Shown: positions 1-13,699 of the stretch, in pieces
Layout of the letters: each line of letters starts with the position of its first letter
Numbering within the stretch: position 1 is the stretch's first letter
Assembly: GCA_965112155.1 (NCBI GenBank)
Contig: OZ218104.1
Strand: one strand, 5' to 3'
Source: Podarcis liolepis
Lineage: Eukaryota
Length of the DNA stretch: 64,000 bases
The notes under the pieces: generated by a model
What the model was told of the DNA's origin: nothing
What the model saw: only the letters and a program-made list of their open reading frames with translations
Database searches by the model: none
Program-made: the position numbers and the translations under genes

Positions 1-739
1 AATGGGTGTGTACCTGTGGTGCTGACCCAGGGAGGCATGCCTAATTGTGACATTGACAAACTCTGCATGCTGATTGCCCTGTGTCCATGACATCATAAGC
101 AGCTGGACGTTGTTTTTGTCCTGGCACTCTGGCAAATGTGGCATTTGGCATTCTAAAGAGCTCAGGAAGCCTCTTGGCCAAAGAGCAATGGACAGCTACT
201 TTTTAGACCCATCGTCCCAGAAGCTTCTCTTGGTACCGGCTTGGTTCAGAGGAACTCCGGCCTTGTCTGGGTGGTCCTTTGCTTTACTCAGCCCCAATCA
301 CACTGCTTTTCTTGTAGTGGCAGCCTGCTCATGCTAAGAGACCTACAATGTACTCTCAGTGTGAACTTGCGCTATTATCTGCCCATTCCCTTCCAGCGCT
401 GCCCATCCCCTACCATGCGTCTGTTGGCTTCCAGCCCCTGGAGAGCTGCTCCAGATGCAAGTCTTTTCACAGAATCATAGAAATGTAGAGTTGGAACTTG
501 GAAGAGTCCCCCAAGAGGCATCTAGTCCAACCCCCTAAAATGCAGGAGTCCAACCTGCCTTGGCCCTTGAGCTGCTTGCTCCTTTGTCCCCTTGTCCAGG
601 TGCACTTGTGCTTTTCAGCCTTGGTAGGGCAGACAAAAAGCCCAAGGGACAAGGTGATCACGAATCAGCACTATAGCACCTTTCCGAAGCAAACAGGCAC
701 CATCTTGGTGTGGAACATGAGTGAGACATGGAAGTCCTC

Positions 740-910
740 TCCTGGTGTCCCCCCCCCACTTGGCACCAGGGTACCATGTTCAACTCTGAATGCAGAACTG
801 AGCTGAATACTGGTTGTTGAACTCTCAAGAACGGCATGAGAGAAGCTGGAAAGAATCCAAAGAAGAGCATCTACCATGACCAGAGGTCTGGAGAATATGG
901 GGAAAGGCTG
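740..910 (+). mobile_element. Degenerate CR1 LINE RT fragment
   Basis: 'gagaagctggaaagaatccaaagaagagcatctaccatgaccagaggtctggag' resembles CR1 ORF2 'KLERIQRRATxMxRGLE'; heavily decayed, boundaries approximate. Confidence 0.5.
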
Positions 911-1579
911 CAGTGCAGAAGCAATGGCTTGCTAGGTCAGGCCAAAAGTCCAGCTAGTGCAGCTTTATGTTCCCAGTAGTGGGCAGCCAGATGCCCTTCT
1001 TCCTCTCTGCCCCAGGAAGCTTACAAGTGATGGGCACCCTTTGCTGTTTTGGCTCAGTACCTAGGACCCCAGTTGCTGCTTCAGTTTGAAGAATATAAGT
1101 CTCTTGAGAGGAGACTGTTTTCAAAATACACAATGAGTTACCTTGAGAGGACCAGGATCAGTTTCTTCCCTTGTCTTTTGGTTGTATTTGCTGGGATTGT
1201 ATTTGCAAGAATTTGGGAATCTGACATTTGTGTGTGAGGAAAAGTCTGAAATGAGATACTTTTGTGAACATCTCCTAGAAAAGGCAGATAGTCACTTTAA
1301 GTGCCTTAAATTTATCTTTTTATGGCTCCTGTCTCTCTTGTGCTTGAGGCGACTCACTACAATATATAAAAACAGCACACATCAGATCCTCATAAATCAA
1401 AGAGTAAAAACCTTCCAGGACAGTAACATAGGTGAGCAGCAGTTTCCTCTGACAGGTCTCCATCAGCTCCAAGAGCTCTCTTGAGGAGGCCATTCTGACA
1501 GACCCTCTTGAAAGCCAGACCTTCTCGTGGGCAGTGAGCATGGTGGGAATGAGTGGCCTCATTTGAATAAATACTGCAA

Positions 1580-1712
1580 GTATTTATTTTTCTTAAAATG
1601 CATATCCTGCCTTTCTCCCAAAGCAGAGATTATGTTGATATGTACATGAGGTTCCCAGGCAGTCTCCCATCCAGGCACTGACCAGTCCTAGACCTGAAAA
1701 ACTTCAGCAAGG
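1580..1712 (-). mobile_element. 5S rRNA-derived SINE fragment
   Basis: Reverse complement of 1646-1712 (ctgaag...caggtctaggactggtcagtgcctggatgggagactgcctgggaa) resembles the 5S rRNA internal control region, followed by an A-rich LINE-like tail; not a complete 5S gene. Confidence 0.6.
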
Positions 1713-2689
1713 TGCTGCTGCCTTCAGAACGTACCTTGGCTTTTGGTGTTTTGGGATTGAGCTGTGTGGTAGTGTAGTGTAGTGGTTAGAGTGTCAGACT
1801 AGGACCCCTCAGAGGTTTTATTATGATCAGTCAGTATATAAATTTTGTTAAATAAAAAATAAATAAGATAATTTTATGGGAGTTGAAGTCCAGCAACATC
1901 TGGGGTCCCAAGAAAGCTGCTTTAGGGAGATGCAAACCACAGTCTCACTCTGTTGGGAAGTAACGCCACACCAAGACTTCCTGCCTGTTACTCTTGCTTT
2001 TGATTGGAAGGAGGGATTGGGCAGTGGACAGCATCCGCCTGCTTGAGCCCAATAAGCCATACACCAGGGCTTACCATGACGTGCAGACTTGCCCTGATGT
2101 GCGTTTGATCTTCTCAAGACAGGCGTACTCTTCTCTGGATCAGCTTAGAAACCTCAAAGTGAGTTGGCTGCAGTTTTCCTTTCTATGGCAGTTCACCACC
2201 CATCCGCACAATTACTGCCTCTTCTTCTGAGTTCTGTTTCTCTACCCTCTTACAGGCACAATTTCCAAATATCGATTCTCAGCACTTTTGCTAGAGTTCC
2301 CCCCAAGAAAAGGCCAGAGAAGTCACAGCCCTTAAGATTCAGTGCTATTGCATGATAGCAAATGCAGATGTACAGACCTCTCATTTCTTTACTGCTGATG
2401 CCCTCTTCAATATTTGTACATGGGCACTGGAGGGCTTAGAGTTACAGGGAAGCATGCTGAAGGGGCTCACTGTCCAGTCAGTGCAGAAAACATTGCCCCC
2501 CCCGAGTCCTACCCTTAAGAGGGACCCATGAATTCCACTCTGATCCTCAGTCTAATCCAGCCTTCCCCAACCTGGTGCCCTCCAGATGCTTCATTTTTAT
2601 CAGCCACAGCTTATGTGAGCTGTAATCCAAAACATCAGGAGGAGATCAGATTGGTCTAATACTAGGGAAAACAGCTTATGTCTCTGCTT

Positions 2690-2817
2690 GTGGGTCTGTA
2701 GGTTGGTGGTTCGAGTCCACCCAGGGATAGCTGTGGGCAGGATTCCTGCATTGCAAGGGGTTGGACTAGATCCTCAGGATCCCTTCCAATTCTACAATTC
2801 TATGAGTCTATGATTCT
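2690..2817 (+). mobile_element. tRNA-head/CR1-tail SINE (Squam2-like)
   Basis: B-box-like ggttcgagtcc followed by CR1 3' end 'ggttggactagat...cccttccaattctac(a/g)attctatg' repeats. Confidence 0.6.
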
Positions 2818-3243
2818 TTGACCCTCAGGGTTCATAGAACCTTTCCAGCTATGATTCTATGACTTAAGGCATCCAGCCTCCTGCCTGCCTCCCTCCCCCC
2901 TGCAATGTAAGGATTAGGCTTATATTGCAATTTATAATTTGATGTGCACTCTGCTTTGCATGGGTATCTCTAGCAGGCAATCACAAGGTGGAGCAGCTTT
3001 TGTGCAGGGCAAGTTTTGTTTCTCAGATTCTGGGGGAGAGGAGAGTGCTATTGACACTTTGGTTTATTTAATTGCAGACTGTTGGTAAAAAAGAAAGGCA
3101 ATACGTCACCTGCCTAATGCTTAGAAGTGAAGCCAGAATATCCTGTAGATTCAGGGATTACTTATTGATCAGTTCCTTCATAAAAGCAGAAGCATCTGGT
3201 TGGCCACTGTGGAAAAAGGATGCTGGGCTGGATAGGGCTATGG

Positions 3244-3371
3244 CAGGCATAGGCAAACTCGGCCCTCCAGATGTTTTGAGACTACAACTCTCATCATCCA
3301 TGACCTGTTCGCGAGGGGTGATGGGAGTTGTAGTCCCAAAACATCTGGAGGTCTGAGTTTGCCTATGCCTG
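3244..3371. mobile_element. Palindromic hAT-type MITE
   Basis: TIRs caggcataggcaaactc / gagtttgcctatgcctg, internal inverted 'ctccagatgtttt..gactacaactc / gagttgtagtc..aaaacatctggag', 8-bp TSD ggctatgg (3236-3243) / ggctacgg (3372-3379). Confidence 0.8.
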
Positions 3372-4799
3372 GGCTACGGCCTCATCCAGGCTCTTCTTGC
3401 ATCTTTGAAGATGTAAGCATACCTCTTTGGTGGGACAGAGGGATGCTGCTCCAGTGGTCAGACTGTTGGTTTGGATAGAGTAAGTGACTGGAGCATAGCT
3501 TTGCAATGGGGAGCAGGGCTGTGTGTTGCACAGGCCACAAATTCAGAATCATGGCTGTTCCAGGTGGGGGCAAATAACCACACTAGTTTCTCAAAATATG
3601 TACCTTTCTATACATCCTGCCTCTGGGAGACCATTCCAAAGCCCTGAGGCCACTGGAAGAAAGGGTTCCTGAGACTGACCTGGCCTCCTGAAGCGATGGA
3701 ACTCAAGGCTGGGATTCTGAAGTTGTTATTTATTGGCTCAGTGACACATGTGAAAGGAGGGGATCCTGCAGACCCCAGGCTTAGAGGGGTTTTTAAGGTC
3801 AATATGACCACAAATAGTCTCTAGAACTGTTGGACCTCTTGGCAAGGAAATGCAAAGAAAAGAAAAGAAAAGAAAAGGCCAAAGTTATTTTTAGTGGTGC
3901 CCTGAAACAAATGTTGGATTTAGTTGATTTTAGTGTTGTATTTTTTATTTTATTTTGGCTTATATTTCTTCACAAGCCATTTTGTTTGTGTGGGAAGGGG
4001 TGAATTCCTGAAAAGTGGTCTACAAATCTGTTAGATGCAAAACAAAGAGGGACAACTGCTTGAAAACAAGGTTCAAATTGAGTGCCTCCTGAGCAACCAA
4101 AAGTGCTTGAAACATGTGGGCAGAAGGATCTGCCGGTGGAAATATTTAGGATTACGTAGGCGAGACGGAAACAGCCATTGGGGTTCTTTCCTTGCCCTCT
4201 TTCAGCCATGCAAGATGGCTTGTTACGATTCCCATGAGCTACTGCTGCTGGATGAAATCACCAAAGTCTGTCATCACAACATACTCTCTGGTTTCAAGAA
4301 GCATAACGCGGAAGAGCCACACCCTGTTCAACCCTTTCAGCTCCGGCTGCTGAAGCCGCTCACCTCCTACCAGGCAGGGCTCAGAAGCTGCCATGGCCTA
4401 GTTAGGAGATGAGCTTCCCAGGGCGATGGTGACTGCCGGCCACGTGGCCTTGGGTTGGTCATGTTCTGTGTTGTGGTGGGTGCCAAGGCCTTCCGGTGCA
4501 ATTTCAGCTGGGCAGGAACTTGGGGACTGGTTTATAGCACCTTCTGACAGTAGAGTGAAAGACCTATAAAAATTGAGATGGTTATTATTAGGTTTTTACT
4601 AGTTTCTTTCATGTAATTTGGGGTGCTGCAGCGCATTCCACTATTGGGCAGTGTGGCTGAAGCTGCATCTGCTCAGGTGGGGACTGGATCTGCTGCATGT
4701 GGGTGGGGGTCAGGCTGGGCACTGCCAGCAGTTACAGCAGGAGGCGGCTGATGGCCCAGATGGCAAGAGGACCATTAAGTTTCCAGCTGAGGGTGTAGA

Positions 4800-4935
4800 C
4801 CAGCCTTCCCCAACCTGGTGCCCTCCAGATCTTCCAGACTACAACTCTCACCAGCCCCTAGCATTTTATGACTATGCTGGATGAGGCTGATGAGAGTCCG
4901 AAACGTCTGGAGGGAACCAGGTTGGGAAAGGTTGG
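4800..4935. mobile_element. Palindromic MITE of the 'ccaacctggtgccctccagatg...gactacaactccc' family (representative; related copies near 2560, 6430, 8120, 17700, 20820, 24310, 29390, 33320, 39900, 56750, 60000, 61190)
   Basis: Same inverted-repeat motif recurs many times in the window with variable decay. Confidence 0.65.
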
Positions 4936-6534
4936 CAGAGAGAGAATTTTGGCTCCATGCTGACTTTTCTGCTCTTGAAATGATGCTGGTGCGTACATTT
5001 ATGTTCCCGCTCCTTGATTTGATATCTCTTCTGTTCTCAGTCTTCTGTCTGGCAATGTAGGGAATGGAAGAGAAATCAGTTTGGCCCACATTTTGAAGCA
5101 AACCAACCTAATATGCTAGTCTTGAACACAGCTGTCCATTGGATTACACCCTTCTCTGAATTTTGTAGTTCCGGTTCAAAAGTGCACAAGAATGCCTATT
5201 TCATATGGGTGGGTGGGTGGGTGGGGAAAAATAGTACAAAATGCATATTTTAGGGGAAGAATTGTGTGTATATGTTTTCAATCTCCAAAAAGCCTATGGA
5301 TGGAATGGACCTAGGATTGACTCCATGCAAAAGTAGCATCCCTTCCCAGGACAAACATTTAATGAGAGCGTATTATCAACACTTCCTCTTGTCCTATGCC
5401 TAGAAAGTATGGGTCTGAGTGGTGTTCCCCTTGCTCTGCTCCTTTCCCAAGGAAAGCCTGCCCTTAAGCTCACAACAACAACAACCTGCAGAAACCCAAT
5501 GGCTGTTTGATCCAATTGAGCACTAAAGAGTTGTTTTTCCCAGAGGAAAGCAGCGGGACAAGAGGAAGTGTGGATAAGCCCTGAGTCAGACCACTGCCCT
5601 CAGAAGTGCTGGCTCTTTCCCTGTCCTGAACCTTGGATCCTTTTTAACTGGGATTGAACCCAGGTCTTTCTCTGTGCCAGGATTGCTCATCACCACTTGT
5701 GCAATCCAAAGGTTGCATGCCTGGCACGCTCTGCAGCATTGCAAGGGATCCTGCACAAGTCTTGGACCACTTGCTGCTTCCCTGCCACTGATGTTGCCAT
5801 GATGTGCTGCTTCCCCAGGCAACAACTTTGCCTGCTTGCAGAGTGACGGTCTGGCTGAGCTTGCTGACAGCAACCTTGGTTTGCTGCTCAACCTTGAACT
5901 GAACTCGGATCCTTGCACACCATTCAGCTTGTCACCAGCACTGCTAAGGAAAGGGCAGCTGCTTTGCCCCTTCTAATTGCTTCTGTTCCTTCTTTCTGTA
6001 TATTGCATCTAGTTTGCAGGATACTCTGCAAGGCATTCCCCTCTTGCTACCTTTTTACAGGCTGGGGTGTGGATTTTCCATGATGGAGCTGGGCCTTCCA
6101 GGTGTTGAAAAATCTATGCTCAACTCTGTTTGTTTTTCCCCTTTGTGAACCAGACCCCACCACTGTGGGTCAGCCAAGACCAGACACCTGTTGCTCTAGG
6201 CACCCAAGAGGGATCATCGCAAAGGGCCTTGGCTCCACAAATATGTAAAGGGCCTCTATGCTGAAATCCAAAGCAGTTTGAAAGCGATTTAGATGTCACA
6301 CCTCCCTCCCTCCACCCACATGTACTGGTGTTATGCTCAGCTTTGTGCAGGGAGGGCAGGGCACCGCCTGGAGCACAGGCTCAATCCCCTACTCAGGCCA
6401 CCAGGACAGGACCCCCTGCACTGAACAGCCTCCCCCAGCCTTGGCTGGGGCTGATGGGAGTTATAGTCCAGTCCACCTGGAGAGCACCAGGTTGGGGAAG
6501 CACCAGTTCCCTGGCTGAGATTCAGGGCAGTTAA

Positions 6535-6830
6535 GGCGTTTTCCAAGGGCTTAGTATATGTACTGTGGCAATAGAGGTTTTGTATACCAAAAGCAAATAA
6601 TTAAACTTGGCCCAGTGGCATATTGGGAGCCAGTGCAATTTGTTTAGCAAAGGCATTACATGTTGGGGCTTAGGGTGCTGTGTTAAGCAATCTGCAGCAG
6701 CTGTAGCAGCTGCAGCCTCTAGACCCACCTTAAGGGCAGCCCCACATAGAGTGCCTTGCAGTAATCCAGCTTTGATATTAGCAGTGCATGTGGTCAAGGA
6801 ATGGTCATAGTTGGGATACTAGCCGAAGCT
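6535..6830 (-). mobile_element. Degenerate L2 LINE RT fragment
   Basis: Minus-strand translation 'HVMPLLNKLHWLPICHWAKFNYLLLVYK' matches the L2 C-terminal motif also seen intact at 58605-59368. Confidence 0.7.
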
Positions 6831-7306
6831 GGCGAAAGAATCCTCTATCACTTTCCAACATACTTGAGCTTACCTTATTGTATCCTCCTCACAACTACTC
6901 TATGGAGTAGGCTTAGGCAGGGGAAGAGGGGCTGAAGTCACCCAGTGAGCTTCCTGGCTTGTTGGGGCTTGGCGTCCAGTTGAAGGGCAGCCCACTCTCC
7001 TTGGCTGTGCAATGCCTCCTATTCTGGACTAATGAATACAGCAGGCAGGGGGGTAAGTGCAGGTATGTGGCACAGAGCCACAAAAATATCCCAGCAAGGC
7101 CGTCTGCCCACAAGCCAGGCATGAAACAGGATTTCTTGGCTAAGCTGCCCATTCTGAAGACTCGCAGGGCGTGTTCACGCATGAAGTGCTTGGTGAAATT
7201 TTGTCTGGTGCTTGTGTTCTTTCTTTTTTCTTAAGAAGAAAACTCTCAAGTGCTGGGCCAGGTGATTTCCTGGGACCAGTTTGTTCCCATCTATCTACTG
7301 CAGTAG

Positions 7307-7645
7307 GGACACGGGTGGCGCTGTGGGCGCTGTAGGACTTGCTGATCAGAAGGTCCGCCGTTCGAATCCCTATGACGGGGTGAGCTCCCGTTGCTCGGTC
7401 CCTGCTCCTGCCCACCTAGCAGTTTGAAAACATGTCAAAGTGCAAGTAGATAAATAGGTACCGCTCCGGCAGGAAGGTAAACGGCGTTTCCATGCGCTGC
7501 TCTGGTTCGCCAGAAGCGGCTTAGTCATGCTGGCCACATGACCCGGAAGCTGTATGCCGGCTCCCTCGGCCAATAAAGTGAGATGAGTGCCACAACCCCA
7601 GAGTCGGTCACGACTGGACCTAATGGTCAGGGGTCCCTTTACCTT
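7307..7645 (+). mobile_element. Sauria SINE (Squam1-type), essentially full length
   Basis: Starts gggacacgggtggcgctgtgg, B-box-like gttcgaatcc, body 'aaagtgcaagtagataaataggtaccgctccggc', ends cctttaccttt; 15-bp TSD tatctactgcagtag at 7292-7306 and 7646-7660. Confidence 0.9.
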
Positions 7646-10600
7646 TATCTACTGCAGTAGAACCCCCAGAGCCTCACACAGACATCTCCCTTGCTTCGTA
7701 TGTTAAAACAGCCTTTCCTAATGGCTGGCTGGGACTGATGGGAGTTGTAGTCCAAAAGCATCAGAAAGGCTGCATTAAGTCTTCTCCCTACCACCATATG
7801 AGGGCTCTTGAGTTGCCCCCTCCTCCTTAATGATTGCTCCAGCAACCTGTGTTAGCCACACATCCATCCACTCTGACTGTGCCTGCAAGCTTTAACAAAT
7901 TAATTGGTGCAATTTGTCAATGGATGGTTTAAAAGGCACCTTCGCTGTAATTTTGTAATTTGTATATTTATATAGATGCCATTGATTAAAGACCAGGCTG
8001 ATTACAGAATCTTTTCTTGACCTCTCTACCCGCTGCGAGCTGAGATTGGGGGAAGGCCAGAGTTGGAAAAGTCCTTTTAAAAATTCCTCACCGTCATGTT
8101 GCACAGAGTGTGAAAGCAGCCTCTGCCAACCTGGCGCCCTCCAGATGTTGTTGGACTGCAAGCTGGTGTGCTGACCTGGGGCTGATGAGAGTTGTAGTCC
8201 AACAACATTTGGAGGGTGCTGGGTTGGCAAGGACCCAATTGGCAATTAAAAAAAAAGATTTCTATGTGACTGCCTCAAACTATATCTGATTTCTCTGTGC
8301 TCCGGAGACCAGCTAGGGAATTCACACAGGTGCCAGCTGTCAGAAAAGAAAAAGCAGACTGCATTTGTGCAGTGCAGAGTTGTCATAATGAAACAAACTT
8401 GTCTGCAAGGAAGGAGTTCCTCTTTGTGCCTGTCAGTTGGAAGTGGGCTTCTGTGACCAAAGAGAAGAGTCATTGTTAATATTTCCCAAAGTCTTCATTG
8501 TCATTTTAGCAGCTTGCAACTGCATATTTATTTGTCCTCACGGGCTGCAATTGCAAGGCAGAGTTGGTCTGTTTCAATAAACAGAAAACATTTGTGCGCA
8601 CAGATGCCTCTTCCTTCCACAGCTCAACCAACAGACTGAGGCTGTTGGTGCTTATATCTGTGTTCGGGTTCTTTTTGTTTTAAAAGCAAGCGGAGCTCTT
8701 GGCTTGGCTGTTATTTTGTGGCAAGGAGTTCCACAAGTCAGTTGGTGGGAAGAAAAGCTGCTCCCTGCTTTTTCCCCATTCCTTTCTTGGCCTGGGCATC
8801 CTTACCTGGAAACAAGTAAGCAGAAATCTTCCATAACAGAATCCAGAGAACTGTAGTTTCTGCTCAGAGTTGCAATTCCCAACACACTTCGCAAACTTCA
8901 TTTCCCGGGGTTCTTTTGTGGGATCCCTGAGGTTTAAGTGTGTGTCTCATGTGGTGTGCACAGGATGAGAGAATGCATAACATTGTGCTGTTGAAGTATC
9001 TTCCCTTCCCTCCTTTAGGCAGGCTCCTGGTAACTTTTATTTTTAAAAGTCTGAAACAGTCGGGGACCCTCCCTGTTTATACAAACATTCATCCCAACTG
9101 CTGCTTTTAAACTGCATTTTCCCCTACAGCTACCTGGCTGAGTTCCTCTCGTCTGTTAATAAATAGTATCCTTGCCATCTCTTGGCTCCTCAAAAAGGAA
9201 GGGTACAGTCCGCTTAACCCTTTCATGAATGACAGGTTACACGACCCGGAAGTTAAAATTCAGCCTACTTTGAAAAACGCCTTTTCCAACAAATGGGATT
9301 ATTCTCCTTCTCCTCCAACCCCAGCTGTGCATTTACACACATAGGATCTGACATTGCATTGCTGCAAAACCTGCAAGTGTTGAAATACGTGGTCTTGTGT
9401 GCACTTCATTTTCATCACAGAGCAGTGCTAGTTTGAAGCTCATGTCTCTTTTCCTGTACTAGGAATGCCTGGGAATTTGAGTGGGTGTGAAATTTAAAGA
9501 GAGTTTGAGGTTACTTCGTTGAATCACAAGGGATGAAAGAGACCTGTAAGCTTGGTCCAAAGGCAGGATGCCTATGGGCATCAACGCCACCCCCTCCGCC
9601 CCGAGATCTGACTCCCATAATCCAGGCCACAAATGGCATACCAAGGCATCTGCAAAGCAACTAGATCCAGATGACTCAAGCAAGCGAGTCTAGCTCAGTA
9701 CTGTAGAGAAAAGGGCCATTCTGCTTCCATACAGTTCCTCTTCTGAAGAACACTGGCCAAGCTACCCAGTGTTAGAAACTCAGATATATTAGCTAGACGC
9801 CAAATGGCTCATTAAACCAGGGTTGCAGTCGCCAAAACGGAATGCCTAGTTGTCATTTTTGGGCCAGACATCTCAAAAGTCGTATTTTTCAATATGACTT
9901 TTTGGCTCCTGAAATTCTTTCTGATCAAATATAACAAATAAAATTCTACAGGATGTGTTGTCAGTATCTGAAAACAGTCAAGACCCAAGGATCCCCAGGC
10001 ATGCACCTCCAGATGGTGGAGATGTCAGGCGCCATCCTGGCAACCAAACATCTTCACTTGGTCGCAAGTGGCCAATAGCCAGGTGCAAAATGGTAGATGG
10101 TAGATTTCGAGCGCTGATGATAGTTCTGTTGGAGGCAGCATGCTTCTGAATGCCAGTTGCTGTGATGCACAAGTTGGGAGAGTACCCTTGCTCTCAAGTC
10201 CTGCTTTTCAGCTTCCCATTAGGGCAGCTGGTTGACCACTGAAAGAGCAGGAAGCTGAACTAGATACCTGCCCCCTTAATCTGCTAGGGCTCTTTTTTCA
10301 TTTCTTCTAGGTAGGCTTCTTGATCTGCCTGGCACAATGGCACCTCCTGCATCAGTTGTGGACCCCTTGTCTTAACTGTGTAATATCAGTGGGGCGGGGG
10401 AGCAGCACAGCACACTTGGCCTGGTTTCCAGGCCATTCCCAGACCAAATGATGCCTAGCAGCAGGGCTGGGGAAAATCCATCAGAGCTGGGCACAAAGTG
10501 GTAGAGGGCACAGCTCAGTGGCAGAGTCCCCTGGGAAAGGGGAAGAGTCCTGCTAGGGAGCCTAGAGAGTCTTCCCTAAGCGGAGCAGGGAATGCCAGAT

Positions 10601-13600
10601 GGATCAGTGCTCCACTTCATTCCAAGGCAGCCTGAAGCAGAGCCGGCCTGGTCGTTAGGCAAAGTGCGGCAAAATGTCTTGGGCCAGCTGTGGCTTCATG
10701 TGAACATGAAACAGCAGGTGAGAGCAGGATATAATAAATCAGCATCTATCTACCTACCTACGTACCTACCTACCTATCTATCAGATTTCTTACCTGCCAT
10801 GAAGCTGCAGGGTTGGTCACAACAATATAACTTGCAGTTCAAAAAATAGTTACTATAAAACCATTACAATGATAAAAAAACAAGGAAAACCATTCCAGAT
10901 GAACAGAAGAGTATACATTCAGCAGAAATAGGTGAGTCCCACAAAACAGAATATTTTAGCTGTCAAAGGCTGGGGGAAAGTGTTGTATCTTTTAGCATTA
11001 AGTCGGAAAATGTGGAAAGGGAGCATTTTCACTGAGACTGTTTTAAGGAGAAAGGGTTTAACTCTCCCTAATTTGCAAGGGCCAGATGCTGCAATTTCTT
11101 CTCCCACCCTCCATTGCTTGGCTGCTGTTTACTTTTCTGTAAAAAAAACCTCAATAGTGCATGTTAATTGCACTATTTAATTGTTAATTGCCCAATTAAG
11201 TCCCATGTAATTTGGTCCTCAGGTAACAGTGCTAAAGGGATCCTGGCTCAGAGGTAGAGAACAATTCTGGGTTCAGAGGGACCATTGGCTTGGCTAGGCA
11301 TAAGACAGCTTGCTAAATTCCTAAGATAGCAGTGGCTTTCCCAATGAAACCACCCAATGAGGCTGAGATGGGCCTGTAATGGAGACTGCACTCCTACCTG
11401 GCACTGTCTCTCTCTAGCTGCATCAGTCTACTAAGCAACCAGGACGCATAGGAAGAATGCAGAGATGTGAGATGTTGGTGACAAGGTGATGTGTGACAAG
11501 ATGCCATTTATTTTGTAGGGTTCAATTGCATGCTGTGCTAGAATGGCTCCCTGGTTCTTTCAGCTGTTACTAAGCACACTGTTCCTGGCCTCAACCTTAA
11601 TTGCTTAAATAGTTTCCAAGTGTTTGTGAAATAATTTTGTTAATCTGCAGGGCGCAGAAGGCCAAGAGTGACATTTCTGAAAATGTGGGCAACAGGAATC
11701 CAGTGTCTGGTTTGAGCTGGAAACCAGGGTGAGCTTCTCAGACTGAACAAAGAGAGGTGTGCCTCTTCCACCTGGAGGGGAGGGGGAAGTGCAAGAAATG
11801 CTTTTGCAAACAGCATAATCTGAGATCTGATTTTTTAAACTCACCAAATTGTTTTGGAGTCAGATTTCTGTGTATGAGGAACGTGCTCTTTCTTAAGACA
11901 ATATGATCATTGACATGGTCTCTGGCACAAGAGAGGGTGAGAAATGAAGGTGAAGAGCTGAACAAATATGAATTAGAACGGATTTGACTTGCCAAACCGG
12001 TGTAGGTGCCTTTGAGTTTCTGTATTTCTCCAGCTTCAGGTGAGGAAGTCAGGGGCAATTCAGTGAGGGCTGCCATCTTAGGCACTCTTACCTGGGTGCA
12101 AGTCCCATGGAACCCAGTGAGCTGACTGCACGGAATCAGGTGGAATGGGAAACATTTCTTTCCATCGATTTGGATCTTGGTTTCAGCAGGAGGAAGGCAC
12201 AAGCTGCAGGGACCGAAATCAGGTCTCAGCAGGAAATAGCTGGCAAACGTTTAGCTTATTTCTGTTAATGATTTCAGATCTTAACTTAGGCTTTTTGGTG
12301 TTAGGCTTTTGTTTTCACCCAGAAGGGTTTTTGTTTCCTTCTTGAGGGACCCAGAAACTCAAGTGCCTTTCTGTAAACTGCTTAGACTCTCCCAAAACTT
12401 GGTTTCACCCGCTAACCCCCAATGACCCATAACATACTCAGGAGTTTCATTTAATCAGCTTTACTCATTAAGCTTTCCTTCCATTCCCTTTTACAGATTT
12501 CAGCCCTTGGCAGGGAGGGGGTGTCCTGCTGAAATAAATTCCAGATTTGGTGCCCATTTTTAGGGCAGTGCAAGGCTGCCAGTTTGCATACATCTGCTTT
12601 TCATACATTCTGTTTTCTTCGAATTTTGAATTATTGGCAATGGGCAGGACAGATGCTGCCATGGCATCTTAGGCAAAGGTAAAGGACCCCTTAACTTGTG
12701 TATAGTATTGTATGCATAATAATATAATTTGTGAGATTTCCTTGTATTTGTAGCAGAACAGGGGACCTCATTCTAGTCAAGATTAAGGAGCAAGTTGGGG
12801 TTGGGGGTAGGGGATCTCTTGAGATAGTCAGAAGATTGCACCCCTTTTTGGCATGCTGAAAGCCCAAAGATTAGAATCTATGGCATTTTAAAATAATTTT
12901 TTGAATAGGGCTGCTAGGAAAGAAATACTGCCCCCCCCATCTTTCTGAAACCTTGGAGTCCCACTGCTGGCCTGATGCTAGGCCTGGCTCAGTAGTACAA
13001 GGCAGCTTCCTGCATTCACTGAAAGACTTGCCGAAGGCCCTTCCTGGATGCTGACATTTCTTTAAAAGCACTTGTGATGTGATATGTAATTTGAGTATTT
13101 TCCACCTGCCAATCTGTCTCGATCAGGGATAGACAGTGTGGTGCCCTCCAGATGTTCAGCAATCAGCTGTAGTCGGCAGATTGGGATTTCTTGTGCCCTT
13201 GGCATGGAGCTGTATTGGCACCCCCCCACCCCCCCCAAAAAAACACTTTACCGCAATAGCCACATTAGAAATGACTACATTTTACTCGACCCAAATACTC
13301 GAAGCATCCAGAGTGAGTGCGAGGGTGAAGGGCAAAAAATAAAAGTGCATGTCTTTATGCTGTGAGAAGAATGGGAAATTTCTCCCACATTTCAACTTGC
13401 TGCAACAGGAGCGTCACGTCAGCACACACATTTACACCATGTTCTCCAATGTCTGTTAGGTGATTTTTTGCACCCGTACTCATCCCAGGCGTGTGTCCCA
13501 GCAGAGTTTGGTTTCACACAACCCCTAGGTACGCCTCTGGCAGGCAGTATGGTCAATGGTCAGGGCTGACAGGAGTTTGAGTCCATCAACATCTGGAAAC

Positions 13601-13699
13601 CCCTGGCCTAGAGCCACAGAAGACCATGGGATATATTGGGGAACCCCTAATCACACCAGGATCTTCAGCCTTGCTCCAAACTATGAGCAAATGTTAAGT

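Noticed and set aside
4035-4412. 125-aa ORF with acceptor-like site at 4205 and good Kozak AUG at 4215 (MACYDSHELLLLDEITK...) as another NHSL3 first exon
   Set aside because: No phase-1 GT donor compatible with exon 2 and no recognisable homology; cannot be supported without RNA data.
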